A stretch of DNA of 64,000 bases from the NCBI GenBank assembly GCA_022447925.1, contig JAKUTS010000001.1, positions 79,892-143,891 of the forward strand, written 5' to 3'. This stretch comes from SAR202 cluster bacterium (GTDB taxonomy: Bacteria; Chloroflexota; Dehalococcoidia; Lucifugimonadales; UBA2962). Position 1 is the stretch's first letter; the number at the start of each line of letters is the position of its first letter. This document shows positions 62,580 to 64,000 of this stretch, piece by piece. Position numbers and translations under genes: made by a program. The notes below the pieces were generated by a model. The model saw nothing but the letters and a program-made list of their open reading frames with translations. It made no database searches and was not told the DNA's origin.

Positions 62580-63725
62580 TTAATTGAGGACTTTAGCTTG
62601 TTTCGAGAATATTTTTTCAACTAGTTTTTCATCCAGTTTCATGTTTTTCCCACTACCGCCTAACCTGAACATCAACATTTCAGCTAAGATGCTAATAGCT
62701 ATTTCATCTGGAGTTCTGGCATTTATTTCAATCCCAATTGGTGCTCGTAGTTCCGTTATTCTGTCTTTGGGGATTCCCATTTTGACTAAGTCTTCATAGA
62801 TAAGAATAATTTTACGTTTGGAGCCAAGGAGACCAACATAACTGGCCGCGGTTTTAGCAGCAGAGGCAAGAGCATCACTGTCATATCTGTGACCACGGGT
62901 CGCTACAACTATGAAAGAATTTTTTGTTATATTTATTTGTTTTAATGCATCTTCAGGTTGCATTGCAATAGTTTGTTTTGATTCAGGGAATCTTTCTTTG
63001 TTGGCAAATTCGATTCTATCGTCGGTTACATAAACATGGAATCCCAGTTTGTCCGCCAGAGAAGAGATTGCCTTGGAGACATGTCCGCCACCAACTAGAA
63101 TCAATTTTGGTGGACTGGTGTATCCTTCAATAAAATATTCAGTGCCATTTTCAGTCACCACGTATTCATTAGCTCCATGAACCATCAGTTGCCTGCTTCT
63201 ACTTATTGCATCATTATCGATAGCTTGCGATCCTAGACTACCAGTTGTTGATCCGTCTTCTCTAATGAATAATTTCCTCCCAGTTTCAGTACCAGAACCC
63301 AGTGGCAATAGATTTTCTCCAGGATTACTAATTAATGTGGCTAGGGCAACTGGAGACTTACCGGAATACGCATCATCGATTTCTTTTGTAAAACCCAATA
63401 CCTCATCCGGTTCATATATTGGATCGATCATAAAATACATGCTCCCACCGCATACAAGCCCCTCTTCTGCGGCAAGATCTTCGTTTAATTGGTATTCACG
63501 GAATTGACTAGGCCCAAAAGTTTTTAATAACTCTTTTGCTGCAAACCATATGTCTCCTTCGACACATCCTCCTCCAAGAGTTCCAACACCGCTCCCATCT
63601 TCTCTAACTAATAGTTTAGCTCCTGGCTTTTGCGGGGTGGAACCTTTAGTTTTTACAACCGTAGCCAATACAGCCTTTTGCCCTTCTCCTAATAATCTTT
63701 TGGTTTCTCTAAATACGTCTTTCAT
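62580..63725 (-). CDS. xdhC: XdhC/CoxI-family molybdoenzyme maturation factor
   Basis: N-terminal XdhC_CoxI domain (ATVVKTKGSTPQKPGAKLLV...GGCVE). C-terminal Rossmann-like domain (LILVGGGHVSKAI, ATRGHRYD). 381 aa. Confidence 0.85.
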   Translation of the reverse strand: MKDVFRETKRLLGEGQKAVLATVVKTKGSTPQKPGAKLLVREDGSGVGTLGGGCVEGDIWFAAKELLKTFGPSQFREYQLNEDLAAEEGLVCGGSMYFMIDPIYEPDEVLGFTKEIDDAYSGKSPVALATLISNPGENLLPLGSGTETGRKLFIREDGSTTGSLGSQAIDNDAISRSRQLMVHGANEYVVTENGTEYFIEGYTSPPKLILVGGGHVSKAISSLADKLGFHVYVTDDRIEFANKERFPESKQTIAMQPEDALKQINITKNSFIVVATRGHRYDSDALASAAKTAASYVGLLGSKRKIILIYEDLVKMGIPKDRITELRAPIGIEINARTPDEIAISILAEMLMFRLGGSGKNMKLDEKLVEKIFSKQAKVLN

Positions 63726-63778
63726 CTACTTAATTGCACTCTTTGGCACTATTTTCCTTATTACATAATCCATAAAAA

Positions 63779-64000
63779 TTAATTTTGAACGAGTTGTTCC
63801 AATTTCTTAGAGCTTCGACACGGACCTACAACGGCTATATTAAGATTTGTAAACTCAAATACACTCTTTGAAATCCTATTTACATCCTCAGGTGTAACAG
63901 AGTTTAACCTATATATTGCTGTTTGAGGGTCTATTATCTCATTTAATAGCATTTCTTGGATACCAAACCAGCTCGCAACAGACCTGCTATCTTCCATTCG
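63779..64000 (-). CDS. M16 (pitrilysin/insulinase) family peptidase, C-terminal fragment; 5' part beyond the window
   Basis: The minus-strand ORF is open to the window edge. The tail ...IYRLNSVTPEDVNRISKSVFEFTNLNIAVVGP resembles the C-terminal end of M16 inactive-domain sequences. Confidence 0.6.
   Translation of the reverse strand, partial: RMEDSRSVASWFGIQEMLLNEIIDPQTAIYRLNSVTPEDVNRISKSVFEFTNLNIAVVGPCRSSKKLEQLVQN

Overview
AT-rich, densely coding (about 90%) prokaryotic chromosomal window with about 60 protein genes, two RNA genes, and no visible mobile elements, CRISPR arrays or rRNA. Most genes are housekeeping. These include rnpA-yidD-yidC-jag, serS, ftsY, mutS, rpsT, relA/spoT, hisS, prfA-prmC, queG, dinG, ogg, lexA, tatAC, maf, lipA, ispE-rsmA, lepA and uppP. 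They are interleaved with redox and lipid metabolism genes: two crotonases plus an acyl-CoA ligase, three luciferase-like (LLM/F420-type) oxidoreductases, two SDRs, a NuoEFG/Fds-like module plus FNR, and XdhC/MocA. By inference only, the gene set suggests a marine Chloroflexota (Dehalococcoidia/SAR202-like) genome. The supporting genes are a Chlor_Arch_YYY/DUF2298 protein with its TIGR03663 partner, a GuaB3-type IMPDH relative, multiple LLM paralogues and a long Alu-domain SRP RNA. Many genes use GTG/TTG starts and 4-8 nt start/stop overlaps (GTGA, TTGA, ATGAGTGA, GTGACTGA), which suggests translational coupling. The main hunt results are listed here. (1) An ORF absent from the track at 47864-48136 (-) encodes a SelW/Rdx-family protein with an in-frame TGA at the CxxU redox position and a SECIS-like hairpin; it sits inside an LLM-LLM-SelW-SDR-SDR same-strand cluster. 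(2) A four-gene membrane cluster of unknown function (DUF2298 YYY protein, TIGR03663 PMT-like protein, flippase-like protein, FAD oxidoreductase). (3) A NuoEFG/FdsGBA-like module whose molybdopterin subunit lacks the catalytic Cys/Sec, followed by an FNR. (4) Adjacent DUF1445 and DUF4392 genes, the two domains of animal D-glutamate cyclase. (5) A 110-nt dual-coding overlap between the yidC tail and the jag N-domain. (6) A 50-codon basic ORF with an L34-like N-terminus plus a strong terminator directly upstream of ftsY. (7) Tandem desulforedoxin-like mini-ORFs, the second lacking three of four Cys ligands. (8) A lexA promoter with two GAAC-N4-GTGC boxes. All calls rest on reading translations and motifs by eye. 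No database search was run, and start codons are the least certain coordinates.
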